Positions 9,384-19,575 of a stretch of 55,306 bases of DNA are shown here, piece by piece. Position numbers and translations under genes: made by a program. Within the stretch, counting starts at the first letter, position 1. Every line of letters begins with the position of its first letter. The notes beneath the pieces are model-generated. The model did no database searches and was not told the origin of the DNA. It saw only the letters and a list, made by a program, of their open reading frames with translations. Source of the DNA: a virus (Duplodnaviria; Heunggongvirae; Uroviricota; Caudoviricetes); IMG/VR virus record IMGVR_UViG_650377933_000002; one strand, written 5' to 3'.

Positions 9384-10081
9384 AAAACATCGCCGCACAG
9401 ATGGTTAACTTTGACCGTGAGCAGATGCGCCGGATCGCCAACAACATGCCGGAACAGTACGACGAAAAGCCGCAGGTACAGCAGGTAGCGCAGATCATCA
9501 ACGGTGTGTTCAGCCAGTTACTGGCAACTTTCCCGGCGAGTCTGGCTAACCGTGACCAGAACGAACTGAATGAAATCCGCCGCCAGTGGGTTCTGGCTTT
9601 CCGGGAAAACGGGATCACCACAATGGAACAGGTTAACGCAGGAATGCGCGTAGCCCGTCGGCAGAATCGACCATTTCTGCCATCACCCGGGCAGTTTGTT
9701 GCATGGTGCCGGGAAGAAGCATCCGTTATCGCCGGACTGCCAAACGTCAGCGAGCTGGTTGATATGGTTTACGAGTATTGCCGGAAGCGAGGCCTGTATC
9801 CGGATGCGGAGTCTTATCCGTGGAAATCAAACGCGCACTACTGGCTGGTTACCAACCTGTATCAGAACATGCGGGCCAATGCGCTTACTGATGCGGAATT
9901 ACGCCGTAAGGCCGCAGATGAGCTTGTCCATATGACTGCGAGAATTAACCGTGGTGAGGCGATCCCTGAACCAGTAAAACAACTTCCTGTCATGGGCGGT
10001 AGACCTCTAAATCGTGCACAGGCTCTGGCGAAGATCGCAGAAATCAAAGCTAAGTTCGGACTGAAAGGAGCAAGTGTATGA
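9380..10081 (+). CDS. P: replication protein P (DnaB loader)
   Basis: 233-aa ORF essentially identical to recalled lambda P (MKNIAAQMVNFDREQMRRIANNMPEQYDEKPQVQQVAQIINGVFSQLLATFPASLANRDQNE..). Confidence 0.95.
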   Translation: MKNIAAQMVNFDREQMRRIANNMPEQYDEKPQVQQVAQIINGVFSQLLATFPASLANRDQNELNEIRRQWVLAFRENGITTMEQVNAGMRVARRQNRPFLPSPGQFVAWCREEASVIAGLPNVSELVDMVYEYCRKRGLYPDAESYPWKSNAHYWLVTNLYQNMRANALTDAELRRKAADELVHMTARINRGEAIPEPVKQLPVMGGRPLNRAQALAKIAEIKAKFGLKGASV

Positions 10082-10380
10082 CGGGCAAAGAGGCAATTAT
10101 TCATTACCTGGGGACGCATAAGAGCTTCTGTGCACAGGACGTTGCCGCGGTAACAGGCGCAACCGTAACCAGCATAAATCAGGCTGTGGCTAAAATGGCG
10201 CGGGCAGGAATCCTGGTCGTTGATGGTAAGGTCTGGCGAACGGTGTATTATCGGTTCGCTACCAGAGAAGAACGGGAAGGAAAGGTGAGCGCGAATTTGA
10301 TTTTTAAGGAGTGTCGCCAGAGTGCCGCGATGAAACGGGTATTGAGGGTATATAAAAGAACATCAATGGGTACACAATGA
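10078..10380 (+). CDS. ren: Ren protein
   Basis: 100-aa ORF matching lambda Ren (MTGKEAIIHYLGTH.SFCA.DVAA.TGATVTSINQA.AKMARAG..). Confidence 0.85.
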   Translation: MTGKEAIIHYLGTHKSFCAQDVAAVTGATVTSINQAVAKMARAGILVVDGKVWRTVYYRFATREEREGKVSANLIFKECRQSAAMKRVLRVYKRTSMGTQ

Positions 10381-10447
10381 TGAAACAGGTGAGTTGAGTT
10401 CAAACTGTAGTACAATTCTCTCCAGTTTGAACAGGAAAGAATATGCT

Positions 10448-10780
10448 ATGAACCCTTATATTTATCTTGGTGGTGCAATACTTGCAGAGGTCATTGGTAC
10501 AACCTTAATGAAGTTTTCAGAAGGTTTTACACGGTTATGGCCATCTGTTGGTACAATTATTTGTTATTGTGCATCATTCTGGTTATTAGCTCAGACGCTG
10601 GCTTATATACCTACAGGGATTGCTTATGCTATCTGGTCAGGAGTCGGTATTGTCCTGATTAGCTTACTATCATGGGGATTTTTCGGCCAACGGTTGGACC
10701 TGCCAGCCATTATAGGCATGATGTTGATTTGTGCCGGTGTGTTGGTTATTAATTTATTGTCACGAAGCACACCACATTAA
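10448..10780 (+). CDS. emrE: SMR-family multidrug efflux transporter EmrE
   Basis: ORF 10394..10780; from ATG 10448 the 110-aa product matches EmrE (MNPYIYLGGAILAEVIGTTLMKFSEGFTRLWPSVGTIICYCASFWLLAQTLAYIPTGIAYAIWSGVGIVLISLLSWGFFGQRLDLPAIIGMMLICAGVL.INLLSRSTPH). Confidence 0.95.
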   Translation: MNPYIYLGGAILAEVIGTTLMKFSEGFTRLWPSVGTIICYCASFWLLAQTLAYIPTGIAYAIWSGVGIVLISLLSWGFFGQRLDLPAIIGMMLICAGVLVINLLSRSTPH

Positions 10781-11035
10781 AAATAATTTATTTTTAAACG
10801 ACTAAAATATGGAGGTTCGTATATTTGTATGGGCCTCGTTTTATGCTTTTTGTTAATGTCTTTAGTTTTTATTCATTCTTTTGATCTTTCAAGATCATGG
10901 TGTAAGAAAATTGCAATACGATTATTGTTGTATATTCAAGATAATGTGACCTTAATTGTCTTTTTAAATAAAAATTAAACAAAAATCATATCTCACCACT
11001 AAGGTTTATAAAAGCATACTTTAGCAGGTGTCACC

Positions 11036-12562
11036 ATGAAAAAAGCCATAGCATATATGCGATTTTCATCACCAGGTCAGATGTCTGGTGATTCATTAAA
11101 CCGCCAGAGAAGGCTTATTACTGAATGGCTAAAGGTAAATAGTGATTATTACCTTGATACCGTAACGTATGAAGATTTGGGGTTAAGCGCATTCAATGGA
11201 AAGCATGCACAATCAGGAGCTTTTTCGGAATTTTTAGATGCTATAGAACATGGTTACATATTGCCAGGGACTACATTGTTAGTTGAAAGTCTGGACAGAC
11301 TTTCAAGAGAAAAAGTCGGTGAAGCGATTGAGCGTCTGAAATTGATTTTGAATCACGGTATTGATGTTATAACTCTTTGCGATAATACAGTCTATAATAT
11401 AGACTCATTGAATGAGCCATATTCATTAATAAAAGCCATACTTATAGCACAAAGGGCAAATGAAGAAAGCGAGATAAAGTCAAGTCGGGTTAAATTATCA
11501 TGGAAGAAAAAACGGCAGGATGCACTGGAATCAGGCACGATTATGACGGCGTCTTGTCCGAGATGGCTCTCATTGGATGACAAAAGAACAGCTTTTATTC
11601 CAGACCCCGACAGGGTGAAAACGATTGAGCTAATTTTTAAACTCAGGATGGAAAGGCGATCATTGAATGCAATAGCTAAGTATTTAAATGATCATGCTGT
11701 AAAAAATTTTTCAGGAAAAGAAAGTGCATGGGGGCCTTCTGTAATTGAAAAATTATTAGCGAATAAAGCTCTGATAGGTATATGCGTACCTTCATATCGT
11801 GCAAGAGGGAAAGGGATAAGTGAAATCGCTGGCTATTATCCCAGAGTCATATCAGATGATTTGTTTTACGCTGTACAGGAAATTCGGTTGGCACCTTTTG
11901 GTATTAGCAATAGTAGCAAGAATCCTATGCTAATAAATCTACTTCGAACAGTTATGAAGTGTGAGGCTTGTGGTAATACCATGATTGTTCATGCGGTATC
12001 TGGACGTTTGCATGGCTATTATGTTTGTCCGATGAGAAGATTACATCGATGTGACAGGCCATCAATAAAAAGAGATTTGGTTGATTATAATATCATTAAT
12101 GAATTGCTTTTTAATTGTAGCAAAATTCAACCAGTTGAAAACAAGAAAGATGCTAATGAAACTTTAGAGTTAAAAATTATTGAGCTTCAGATGAAAATTA
12201 ATAATTTAATCGTTGCATTGTCTGTCGCGCCTGAAGTTACCGCTATAGCAGAGAAAATAAGACTATTAGATAAGGAATTACGAAGGGCTTCGGTATCATT
12301 AAAAACTTTGAAGAGTAAAGGGGTGAGTTCACTTGGTGATTTTCATGCTATTGATTTAACCAGTAAAAATGGGCGAGAGCTATGTCGTACACTTGCCTAT
12401 AAAATATTCGAAAAAATTATAATTAATACAGATAATAAAACCTGTGATATCTATTTTATGAATGGCATTGTTTTTAAACACTATCCTTTAATGAAAGTAA
12501 TATCCGCCCAGCAGGCGATAAGTACTCTTAAATATATGGTTGATGGTGAGGTTTATTTTTGA
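11036..12562 (+). CDS. ybcK: serine recombinase (resolvase N-terminal domain + recombinase domain), DLP12 YbcK-like
   Basis: 508-aa ORF; N-terminal resolvase-like region (..AYMRFSSPGQMSGDSLNRQRRLI..LLVESLDRLSRE..), Cys-rich zinc-ribbon-like segment and coiled-coil C-terminus; AT-rich; adjacent to emrE as in DLP12. Confidence 0.8.
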   Translation: MKKAIAYMRFSSPGQMSGDSLNRQRRLITEWLKVNSDYYLDTVTYEDLGLSAFNGKHAQSGAFSEFLDAIEHGYILPGTTLLVESLDRLSREKVGEAIERLKLILNHGIDVITLCDNTVYNIDSLNEPYSLIKAILIAQRANEESEIKSSRVKLSWKKKRQDALESGTIMTASCPRWLSLDDKRTAFIPDPDRVKTIELIFKLRMERRSLNAIAKYLNDHAVKNFSGKESAWGPSVIEKLLANKALIGICVPSYRARGKGISEIAGYYPRVISDDLFYAVQEIRLAPFGISNSSKNPMLINLLRTVMKCEACGNTMIVHAVSGRLHGYYVCPMRRLHRCDRPSIKRDLVDYNIINELLFNCSKIQPVENKKDANETLELKIIELQMKINNLIVALSVAPEVTAIAEKIRLLDKELRRASVSLKTLKSKGVSSLGDFHAIDLTSKNGRELCRTLAYKIFEKIIINTDNKTCDIYFMNGIVFKHYPLMKVISAQQAISTLKYMVDGEVYF

Positions 12563-12886
12563 GTAATAATCACTTTTTCAACCGTGCTATGGTATGAAAG
12601 TAAAGTAACTAATATGATATTAACTATCTTGAACGAAGCGCCCTGAGCTATAGTTTTACTATAGGCACTGTCACTGGATGTTGGCATTCTTGCTCTAGTA
12701 GCTCAACAATACCCAATCACAAAACAATTCACTGATAACAAACTTTGTGCACGTGCTTGGTTATGGCGAACAGGTGATGTTAACCTCTTGCCAGAATGCC
12801 ACTCCACTTCATTAAGTATCTGAGCACCGAGAGGCTGGTCACGCCCCCATTAAAAATAATTTCTTTTGAATCGAGTGAAATAGGTT

Positions 12887-12914
12887 AGCCCGCATAAGTG
12901 CGGGCTGCTTTTTA
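12887..12914. terminator. intrinsic terminator-like hairpin (probably bidirectional)
   Basis: AGCCCGCATAAGTGCGGGCT hairpin followed by GCTTTTTA on the plus strand; lies directly at the 3' end of the minus-strand esterase gene. Confidence 0.55.
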
Positions 12915-13955
12915 CAGGTCAGCGTTTGTTTTTTGTTGTTGGGTAGCGGTTTTTATGGGGGTTCCCAGGTTTTTAGTAAACCACTCAACAACTCTGTTTA
13001 TAATAATTGGCTGATACCATGTATTATCGCCATGCTCGGCCCCTTCTACCAGCACGTACTCAGCGTTATCACCGTTCTTCTTCAACATCCTGAATAGTTT
13101 GGCGCTTTGCTCAGGTGAAACCAGAGTGTCTTTGCTACCATGCATAATAAGAAATGGGGGTTTTACTCCTTTCATATGTCCGATTGGACTGGCGTTTAGC
13201 GCTTTTTCTTTTGACGCTGTGATGGGGGCTCCCGCAAAATTTCTGAATGCAGGGCCATTGATCATTAAGGCTTCGGTTACGGCAGGAGAGCGATGAACCT
13301 CCTGCACTGATTCAGGGAACCCCTCGCCAATATTCAACAAGTCAGAAATCCCATAAAGTGTGGCAACTGCCTGAACATCTGAGGATTGCTGAAGAAAGTC
13401 ACCTTTATCAAAGGTTTTGTCACCATTTGTAGTTCCCATCATCTGGGCAAGCCATCCACCGGCAGAGTCACCCAGAACTCCGATTCTTTGAGGATCAATC
13501 CCATAATTGCTGGCATGCTCTCTCAGGTAACGTATTGCAGCTTTTCCATCCTCAACTGGTGCTGGAAATGTATCAGGAATTGTTCTGTATTCTACAGCGG
13601 CCACAACAAAACCAGCTTCTGCCAGAGCCATTCTCATTTCAATAAATTTGTCATGTTCAGAAGACATGAATCCGCCGCCGGGATAATAAATAATGGCTGG
13701 TTTTAAATCATTTGTTCGCGGGACAAGAACTGACATGTGAAGCTGTCTGACAGAACGAGTTCCTTTTATCTGGGAATAAACAACATCACCAATGAGATCG
13801 ACCTGGTTTCTGGTCGGTGAAACACTAATGATATCTGCACCCGGGGTGTAACCAGGAAGATTAGTCTGGACAGGTGTTGCACAACTCCCGACCGACATGG
13901 CCATTGACATACCATACAATAGTGTTGCAGATGATAATATCTTGTTAATTTTCAT
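12912..13955 (-). CDS. secreted alpha/beta-hydrolase (esterase/lipase family)
   Basis: 347-aa ORF with N-terminal signal-peptide-like segment (MKINKILSSATLLYGMSMAMSVGSCA), HGGG-type oxyanion motif (YYPGGGF), nucleophile elbow GDSAGG, and a downstream His. Confidence 0.8.
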   Translation of the reverse strand: MKINKILSSATLLYGMSMAMSVGSCATPVQTNLPGYTPGADIISVSPTRNQVDLIGDVVYSQIKGTRSVRQLHMSVLVPRTNDLKPAIIYYPGGGFMSSEHDKFIEMRMALAEAGFVVAAVEYRTIPDTFPAPVEDGKAAIRYLREHASNYGIDPQRIGVLGDSAGGWLAQMMGTTNGDKTFDKGDFLQQSSDVQAVATLYGISDLLNIGEGFPESVQEVHRSPAVTEALMINGPAFRNFAGAPITASKEKALNASPIGHMKGVKPPFLIMHGSKDTLVSPEQSAKLFRMLKKNGDNAEYVLVEGAEHGDNTWYQPIIINRVVEWFTKNLGTPIKTATQQQKTNADL

Positions 13956-14402
13956 GTTTTACATGCCTTGACTTATCGGATGAAATTCTCTTACTGAATT
14001 TAACGGCAGTTTAATAGCCGTACAACTCGTGGTAGCCAGAGAAATATCCCAGTCGTGGTTAAGGTTGTACTTGACGGCTATTATTTCAACAATGCTTAAA
14101 GTGAGAGCTTAAGGTTATGCGTATGTTTTACAGTCCGAGTAGATTCTGACCAATAGCTTCTTTGTATAATTCTGTCAGAAATAAATCTTGGCTTGCATGA
14201 AGTTTGAGACCTTATCTTGTTTGATTATGAATAATCAATTCGCCATAATTGTATCACCGGAGCCTGAACAACTCCGGTGACTTCTGCGCTAAACGGGGAC
14301 GTTTATGCGCACACACAATCCAAACTCTCTTCTCCCTTCACAGATGCAGAAATGCACCTGCGTTTTTTTGCATCCAGCGTCTGACCTCTGTGGAGGTGAA
14401 GC

Positions 14403-14858
14403 GTGAACCTACCACAAGATGGCATCAAACTGCATCGCGGTAACTTCATCGCTATCGGCCAGCAGATCCAGCCTTATCTGGAGGACGGAAAATGCTTTCG
14501 CATGGTGCTTAAACCGTGGCGTGAGAAACGCAGTCTTTCCCAGAATGCACTCAGCCATATGTGGTACAGCGAAATCAGTGAATACCTCATCAGCAGGGGG
14601 AAATCGTTCGCTACCGCAGCATGGGTAAAAGATGCTCTCAAACACACATACCTCGGTTATGAAACCAAGGACCTGGTTGATGTCGTAACCGGCGAAATCA
14701 CTACTATCCAGTCGTTACGCCATACCTCCGATCTTGATACCGGAGAGATGTATGTCTTCCTGTGTAAGGTTGAAGCCTGGGCGATGAATATTGGCTGCCA
14801 CCTGACTATTCCGCAGAGCTGCGAGTTCCAGCTGCTGCGCGACAAGCAGGAGGCGTAA
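14403..14858 (+). CDS. ybcN: DLP12 YbcN-like protein (nin-region, DUF1367-type)
   Basis: 151-aa ORF matching recalled E. coli YbcN ([56 protein letters not shown]..). Confidence 0.8.
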   Translation: MNLPQDGIKLHRGNFIAIGQQIQPYLEDGKCFRMVLKPWREKRSLSQNALSHMWYSEISEYLISRGKSFATAAWVKDALKHTYLGYETKDLVDVVTGEITTIQSLRHTSDLDTGEMYVFLCKVEAWAMNIGCHLTIPQSCEFQLLRDKQEA

Positions 14859-15028
14859 TGGCTACACCGCTTATTCGTGTCATGAACGGACACATCTACA
14901 AAGTACCAAATCGTCGTAAGCGTAAACCTGAGCTGAAGCCATCCGAAATACCAACACTGCTCGGGTATACCGCCAGCCTGGTTGATAAAAAATGGTTGCG
15001 ACTGGCAGCAAGGAGGAATCATGGCTGA
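14858..15028 (+). CDS. ninE: NinE-like protein
   Basis: 56-codon ORF ([56 protein letters not shown]) starting on the ybcN stop codon (TAATG); absent from the ORF track because it is under 60 aa. Confidence 0.65.
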   Translation: MATPLIRVMNGHIYKVPNRRKRKPELKPSEIPTLLGYTASLVDKKWLRLAARRNHG

Positions 15029-15311
15029 TTTGAGAAAAGCAGCGCGTGGTCGGGAATGCCAGGTAAGAATCCCTGGCGTATGTAATGGCAATCCTGAAAC
15101 GTCAGTACTGGCACATATCCGGCTGGCTGGATTGTGCTGTACCGGTATCAAACCGCCAGACCTGATTGCCACCATTGCATGTTCTGCCTGCCACGACGAA
15201 ATCGACCGTCGCACGCATTTTGTTGACGCTGGATATGCAAAAGAATGCGCGCTGGAAGGTATGGCGAGAACACAGGTTATCTGGTTGAAAGAGGGGGTTA
15301 TTGAGGCGTGA
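15021..15311 (+). CDS. ybcO: YbcO-like protein (DUF1364, Cys-rich putative nuclease)
   Basis: ORF 14982..15311; ATG at 15021 ([35 protein letters not shown]..) gives 96 aa matching recalled YbcO; overlaps the ninE stop. Confidence 0.8.
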   Translation: MADLRKAARGRECQVRIPGVCNGNPETSVLAHIRLAGLCCTGIKPPDLIATIACSACHDEIDRRTHFVDAGYAKECALEGMARTQVIWLKEGVIEA

Positions 15312-15670
15312 ATACCTACAGCATCACATTACCCTGGCCGCCGAGCAATAATCGCTATTACCGCCATAATCGCGGACGCACGCATATCAGCGCAGAGGGG
15401 CAGGCATACCGCGATAATGTCGCCCGAATCATTAAAAACGCAATGCTGGATATCGGCCTGGCTATTCCTGTGAAAATCAGCATTGAGTGCCACATGCCGG
15501 ATCGCCGTCGCCGTGACCTTGATAATCTGCAAAAGGCCGCTTTTGACGCACTCACCAAAGCAGGTTTCTGGCTGGATGATGCTCAGGTCGTTGATTACCG
15601 CGTTGTGAAGATGCCCGTTACCAAAGGTGGGAAGCTGGAGCTGACTATCACTGAACTGGGAGATGAATGA
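15308..15670 (+). CDS. rusA: Holliday junction resolvase RusA
   Basis: 120-aa ORF matching RusA ([49 protein letters not shown]..). Confidence 0.9.
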   Translation: MNTYSITLPWPPSNNRYYRHNRGRTHISAEGQAYRDNVARIIKNAMLDIGLAIPVKISIECHMPDRRRRDLDNLQKAAFDALTKAGFWLDDAQVVDYRVVKMPVTKGGKLELTITELGDE

Positions 15671-15807
15671 TGTTTGAGTCTTATATGGCAGAGCGTCTTC
15701 GCCGCCGCTGGGTGCGCCTGCGCTTATATCGTTTTCCTGGTTCTGTTTTGACCGATTACCGAATACTGAAGAATTACGCCAAAACCCTGACAGGAGCAGG
15801 AGTATGA
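15667..15807 (+). CDS. ylcG: YlcG-like small protein
   Basis: 46-codon ORF ([46 protein letters not shown]) overlapping the rusA stop; matches recalled YlcG; below the ORF-track size cutoff. Confidence 0.6.
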   Translation: MMFESYMAERLRRRWVRLRLYRFPGSVLTDYRILKNYAKTLTGAGV

Positions 15808-15892
15808 AGTCAGAGATAACAATCAACTAATACTGTTTTGTTGATTTTTGCTTGTAATTGGCGTTCTGGTCTGATTTTTGTGGAGTAAGTTG

Positions 15893-16276
15893 ATGCGTGA
15901 TATTCAGATGGTTCTTGAGCGTTGGGGAGCGTGGGCGGCTAATAATCATGAAGATGTGACCTGGTCGTCCGTTGCCGCCGGTTTTAAGGGATTAATTCCT
16001 TCAAAAGTAAAATCTCGCCCGCAATGTTGTGACGATGACGCGATGATCATTTGCGGGTGCATGGCCCGTCTGAAAAAGAACAACAGCGATTTACACGATT
16101 TATTAGTAGATTATTATGTATGTGGTATGACATTCATGTCACTGGCAAGTAAGCATTGCTGCTCGGATGGTTATATCGGGAAAAGGTTACAGAAGGCTGA
16201 GGGCATAATTGAAGGGATGTTAATGGCATTAGATATCCGGTTAGATATGGATATCGTTGCTAATAATTCTAATTGA
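15893..16276 (+). CDS. quuD: late-gene antiterminator Q (phage 21 / QuuD type)
   Basis: ORF 15878..16276; ATG at 15893 ([59 protein letters not shown]..) matches recalled DLP12 QuuD. Confidence 0.85.
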   Translation: MRDIQMVLERWGAWAANNHEDVTWSSVAAGFKGLIPSKVKSRPQCCDDDAMIICGCMARLKKNNSDLHDLLVDYYVCGMTFMSLASKHCCSDGYIGKRLQKAEGIIEGMLMALDIRLDMDIVANNSN

Positions 16277-16300
16277 TATGCAATTGTTTACTAAAAGTTA

Positions 16301-16327
16301 TTAAAAATGGGGCGTGGAAACGCCCCC
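16301..16327 (-). terminator. intrinsic terminator downstream of the porin gene
   Basis: GGGGCGTGGAAACGCCCC hairpin; on the minus strand it is followed by a U-rich tract (AUUUUUAAUAAC). Confidence 0.55.
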
Positions 16328-16413
16328 AAAATAAAGGGTAATATATAACAGAAGGTTTATATAGTAAGAAGCAAGGTAGTGCTTCTAAAGGAAGTGGCTT
16401 GAGGGCTCCACTT

Positions 16414-16455
16414 ATATGTTGCGGAGGCAAAGCCTCCCGCAACATATCTTTTTCG
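16414..16455 (+). terminator. intrinsic terminator (plus strand, downstream of Q)
   Basis: Perfect 14-bp stem ATATGTTGCGGAGG / CCTCCGCAACATAT with CAAAG loop, followed by CTTTTTCG. Confidence 0.6.
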
Positions 16456-16464
16456 TAAGTCAGA

Positions 16465-17547
16465 TTAGAACTGATAAACCAGACCTACAGCGACGATGTC
16501 GTCGGTATCAATACCAGCTGTTTTGGTAAACTTACTATCGTCAATTAAGTTGATTTTGTAATCAACAAAAGTGGACATGTTTTTATTAAAGTAGTAAGTA
16601 GCACCGACATCGACATACTTGACTAAGTCTCGGTCACCATGAACACCAAGGTCTTTACCTTTTGACTGAAGGTAAGCAACAGATGGTCGCAGACCGAAGT
16701 CAAACTGATATTGTGCTACTGCTTCAAAGTTTTGTGCTTTGTTTGCAATATGGTTATTACCAAAAACGGTCATATTCTGAGTTTCAGAATATGTGGTAGC
16801 CAGATAGATATTGTTCGCATCATATTTCAGGCCTGCAGCCCATACTTCCGCATTTTTGCCGGAGGCATTGAATTTGCTCTTACCATAGGCGACCTGACCG
16901 TCAGTGCGATCTGATTTAGCATAGGTTGCACCCACGCCGAATCCTTCATACTCATAAGTAGTGGAGAAACCGAAACCATCACCATTGGCTTCAGTTACGT
17001 CAGTGCGGTCATTTTTACCCTGATACTGAGCAGCAAAGTTCAGGCCATCGACCAGACCAAAGAAGTCGTTGTTACGATAAGTTGCAACACCAGTAGTGCG
17101 ACCAGTCATGAACACATCTGTTTGGGTCCAGGTATCACCACCGAATTCTGGCAGGACGTCAGTCCACGCACCGATGTCGTATGCTACACCGTAGTTACGG
17201 CCGTAATCGATTGAGCCGTAATCACCAAATTTCAGGCCTGCAAATGCAAGACGGGTTTTGTCTTTGGAAGAACCTTGAGATTCAGCACGGTTGCCTTTGA
17301 ATTCATATTCCCACTGACCGAAACCAGTCAGTTGATCGTTGATTTGGGTTTCACCTTTGAAGCCAAGACGGGCATAAGTAGTATCACCATCATCTGCATC
17401 ATTAGAGGAGAAGTAGTGCTTGGCATTAACTTTCCCGTATAGATCCAGCTTGTTACTGTCTTTATTATAAATTTCAGCTGCCTGAGCAGACATCGCCATC
17501 AGTACTGATGCAGCTACAGCAGAAATTGCCACTGTTAATTTTTTCAT
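16465..17547 (-). CDS. nmpC: outer membrane porin (OmpC/NmpC family)
   Basis: 360-aa ORF with signal peptide ([23 protein letters not shown]), classical porin N-terminus ([16 protein letters not shown]...HYFS) and C-terminal aromatic residue (..VGLVYQF). Confidence 0.9.
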   Translation of the reverse strand: MKKLTVAISAVAASVLMAMSAQAAEIYNKDSNKLDLYGKVNAKHYFSSNDADDGDTTYARLGFKGETQINDQLTGFGQWEYEFKGNRAESQGSSKDKTRLAFAGLKFGDYGSIDYGRNYGVAYDIGAWTDVLPEFGGDTWTQTDVFMTGRTTGVATYRNNDFFGLVDGLNFAAQYQGKNDRTDVTEANGDGFGFSTTYEYEGFGVGATYAKSDRTDGQVAYGKSKFNASGKNAEVWAAGLKYDANNIYLATTYSETQNMTVFGNNHIANKAQNFEAVAQYQFDFGLRPSVAYLQSKGKDLGVHGDRDLVKYVDVGATYYFNKNMSTFVDYKINLIDDSKFTKTAGIDTDDIVAVGLVYQF

Positions 17548-17974
17548 TGTACGCCCTTTTTTTTGAACTATTATTAAAAAATGATGTCACTGCGCGATAA
17601 ATATTCATCTAATCAATGCGATTATTTCAAGATGTAAGTTTTAGTTTCTCATTTAATTTGTGAAGTAGATCTCTATTTTTATCTGAACCTTTTCTATCTA
17701 ATCCTATTCATGGCTCTTGTTTGAACGAAAATAAATCTATTAGCTAATTTATATTAATGGCACTTATTTATAAGCACTCTATAATTCTTTAGCTTAATTT
17801 AAACAAACTAAAAATAACATCGGAAATTATTCATTGGTTATTTGTTGAAGTTTTCTTATGTATTTGTGGTGGTGTTTTGAACACTCGGTGGCATTCTCAC
17901 AAATATCATTTAGTAGTTTACGTACGTAAAAAATTGGTTATGCTGTTAAGAGTGGTTACTTCGTCACACAGCTT

Positions 17975-18005
17975 AAACCCGCCGTCGAGCGGGTTTTTCC
18001 ATTTT
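17975..18005 (+). terminator. tR'-like intrinsic terminator upstream of the lysis genes
   Basis: AAACCCGC CGTCGA GCGGGTTT hairpin followed by TTCCATTTTTTG, about 130 nt upstream of the holin gene, the position expected for tR' downstream of a Q-dependent late promoter. Confidence 0.55.
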
Positions 18006-18136
18006 TTGAGTCTCGATATTAGCTGATAACCCAATACCTGAGTTATTCACTGACTCCGAATCTGTTACGTTTCTGCCTTTATTGCGATACGTAGTATCCC
18101 CTTAATTTACACCCGCTTTGTCTGCGAGGTGGGGTT

Positions 18137-18352
18137 ATGAAATCCATGGATAAGTTAACAACGGGTGTCGCCTATGGCACCTCAGCAGGTAGTGCCGGGT
18201 ACTGGTTTTTACAGTTGCTCGATAAAGTCACGCCCTCACAGTGGGCGGCAATAGGTGTGCTGGGTAGCCTGGTATTTGGCCTGCTGACGTACCTGACAAA
18301 CCTTTATTTCAAGATTAAAGAAGATAAGCGTAAGGCTGCACGGGGAGAGTAA
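18137..18352 (+). CDS. essD: class II holin (pinholin, phage 21 S type)
   Basis: 71-aa ORF matching recalled EssD/S21 ([61 protein letters not shown]). Confidence 0.9.
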
Positions 18353-18356
18353 TTCA

Positions 18357-18671
18357 ATGACTCAAAACTATGAACTGATTGTGAAAGGGATCCGCAATTT
18401 TGAGAATAAAGTTACGGTAACTTTAGCGTTACGGGACAAAAAACGCTTTGACGGTGAAATTTTTGACCTGGACATCTCGCTGGACCGTGTTGAAGGTGCC
18501 GCGCTGGAGTTTTATGAGGCTGCAGCCAGAAGGAGCATCAGACAGGTCTTCCTGGATGTTGCTGCCGGGTTATGTGAAGGGGACGAGCTGTTGCCAGAAA
18601 CGCGCCCCTGTTCAGAGGCGCGGTATACCATAAAAATTAACAGTTCAGATAACTCGATTACTGGTTGTTAG
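18357..18671 (+). CDS. hypothetical protein between holin and endolysin
   Basis: 104-aa ORF 4 nt after the holin stop; no recognised motif. Confidence 0.4.
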   Translation: MTQNYELIVKGIRNFENKVTVTLALRDKKRFDGEIFDLDISLDRVEGAALEFYEAAARRSIRQVFLDVAAGLCEGDELLPETRPCSEARYTIKINSSDNSITGC

Positions 18672-18907
18672 CCTTTTGTTTCAGTTGGTTTTCCAATATC
18701 TTTCATTGGTAGCAGCATTTCCAGATTGCTTTTGATATATGGATTATTTACATGTTCATTTAATTGATGAATGATTCCATTTTTTTCATTCTGGTCCAAT
18801 ACGGAAAATATTACTGTAATCATATATTTAAGAGCTTCAATTTCTTTTGCTGTTGATGCAGGAGATGAGCAGTCAGCTGTAATATTGATAAAAACTTCTT
18901 TTTGCAT
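18668..18907 (-). CDS. hypothetical protein (AT-rich, opposite strand within the lysis cassette)
   Basis: 79-aa ORF in a markedly AT-rich segment, antisense to the flanking lysis genes. Confidence 0.3.
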   Translation of the reverse strand: MQKEVFINITADCSSPASTAKEIEALKYMITVIFSVLDQNEKNGIIHQLNEHVNNPYIKSNLEMLLPMKDIGKPTETKG

Positions 18908-19041
18908 ATCAAATCCTCAGATGGGGTAGCTCAGCCAGCATCCCCCATAATCCTTAACCAGAGCGCCAGTGTCCTACCACTGACGGGCTGAATGCTTAAC
19001 ATATCCAGGGTTCAGAAACCGATAAATCCTGATAAATATCC

Positions 19042-19575
19042 ATGAACGTAAAAATCAGATACGGCCTGTCGGCTGCTGTTCTGGCGCTGATTGCCGCAGG
19101 CGCGTCTGCTCCTCAGATACTTGACCAGTTTCTGGACGAAAAAGAGGGTAACCACACAAAGGCATACCGCGATGGTTCCGGCATATGGACCATTTGCCGG
19201 GGTGCCACGGTGGTGGATGGTAAACCTGTTATTCCGGGCATGAAACTGTCGAAGGAAAAATGCGCCCAGGTTAACGCCATTGAGCGGGATAAGGCGCTGG
19301 CATGGGTGGAGCGTAATATAAAAGTTCCACTGACCGAGCCACAAAAAGCAGGTATCGCGTCATTTTGCCCCTATAACATTGGCCCCGGTAAGTGTTTCCC
19401 GTCGACGTTTTATAAGCGGCTTAATGCCGGTGATCGTAAAGGTGCCTGTGAGTCGATTCGCTGGTGGATTAAGGACGGTGGGCGTGATTGCCGCACACGT
19501 TCAAATAACTGCTACGGACAGGTTATTCGTCGTGACCAGGAAAGCGCATTAGCCTGTTGGGGGATAGATCAGTGA
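19042..19575 (+). CDS. R: endolysin, lysozyme with SAR-type N-terminal signal-anchor
   Basis: 177-aa ORF; N-terminal Gly/Ala-rich weakly hydrophobic segment ([15 protein letters not shown]) followed by lysozyme-like region (..[22 protein letters not shown]..); stop overlaps the Rz start. Confidence 0.8.
   Translation: MNVKIRYGLSAAVLALIAAGASAPQILDQFLDEKEGNHTKAYRDGSGIWTICRGATVVDGKPVIPGMKLSKEKCAQVNAIERDKALAWVERNIKVPLTEPQKAGIASFCPYNIGPGKCFPSTFYKRLNAGDRKGACESIRWWIKDGGRDCRTRSNNCYGQVIRRDQESALACWGIDQ

Noticed and set aside
11036-12562. IS element or transposase
   Set aside because: The protein is a serine recombinase (resolvase-type N-terminus), not a DDE transposase, and no terminal inverted repeats were seen; called recombinase cargo instead.
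14657-15214. 185-aa minus-strand ORF
   Set aside because: Antisense across ybcN, ninE and ybcO, which have strong plus-strand matches.
18915-19020. tRNA-like start GGGGTAGCTCAGCC between the antisense ORF and the endolysin
   Set aside because: No complete cloverleaf, no anticodon stem and no T-loop (GGTTCGAATCC-type) could be traced; treated as chance resemblance or a degraded remnant.
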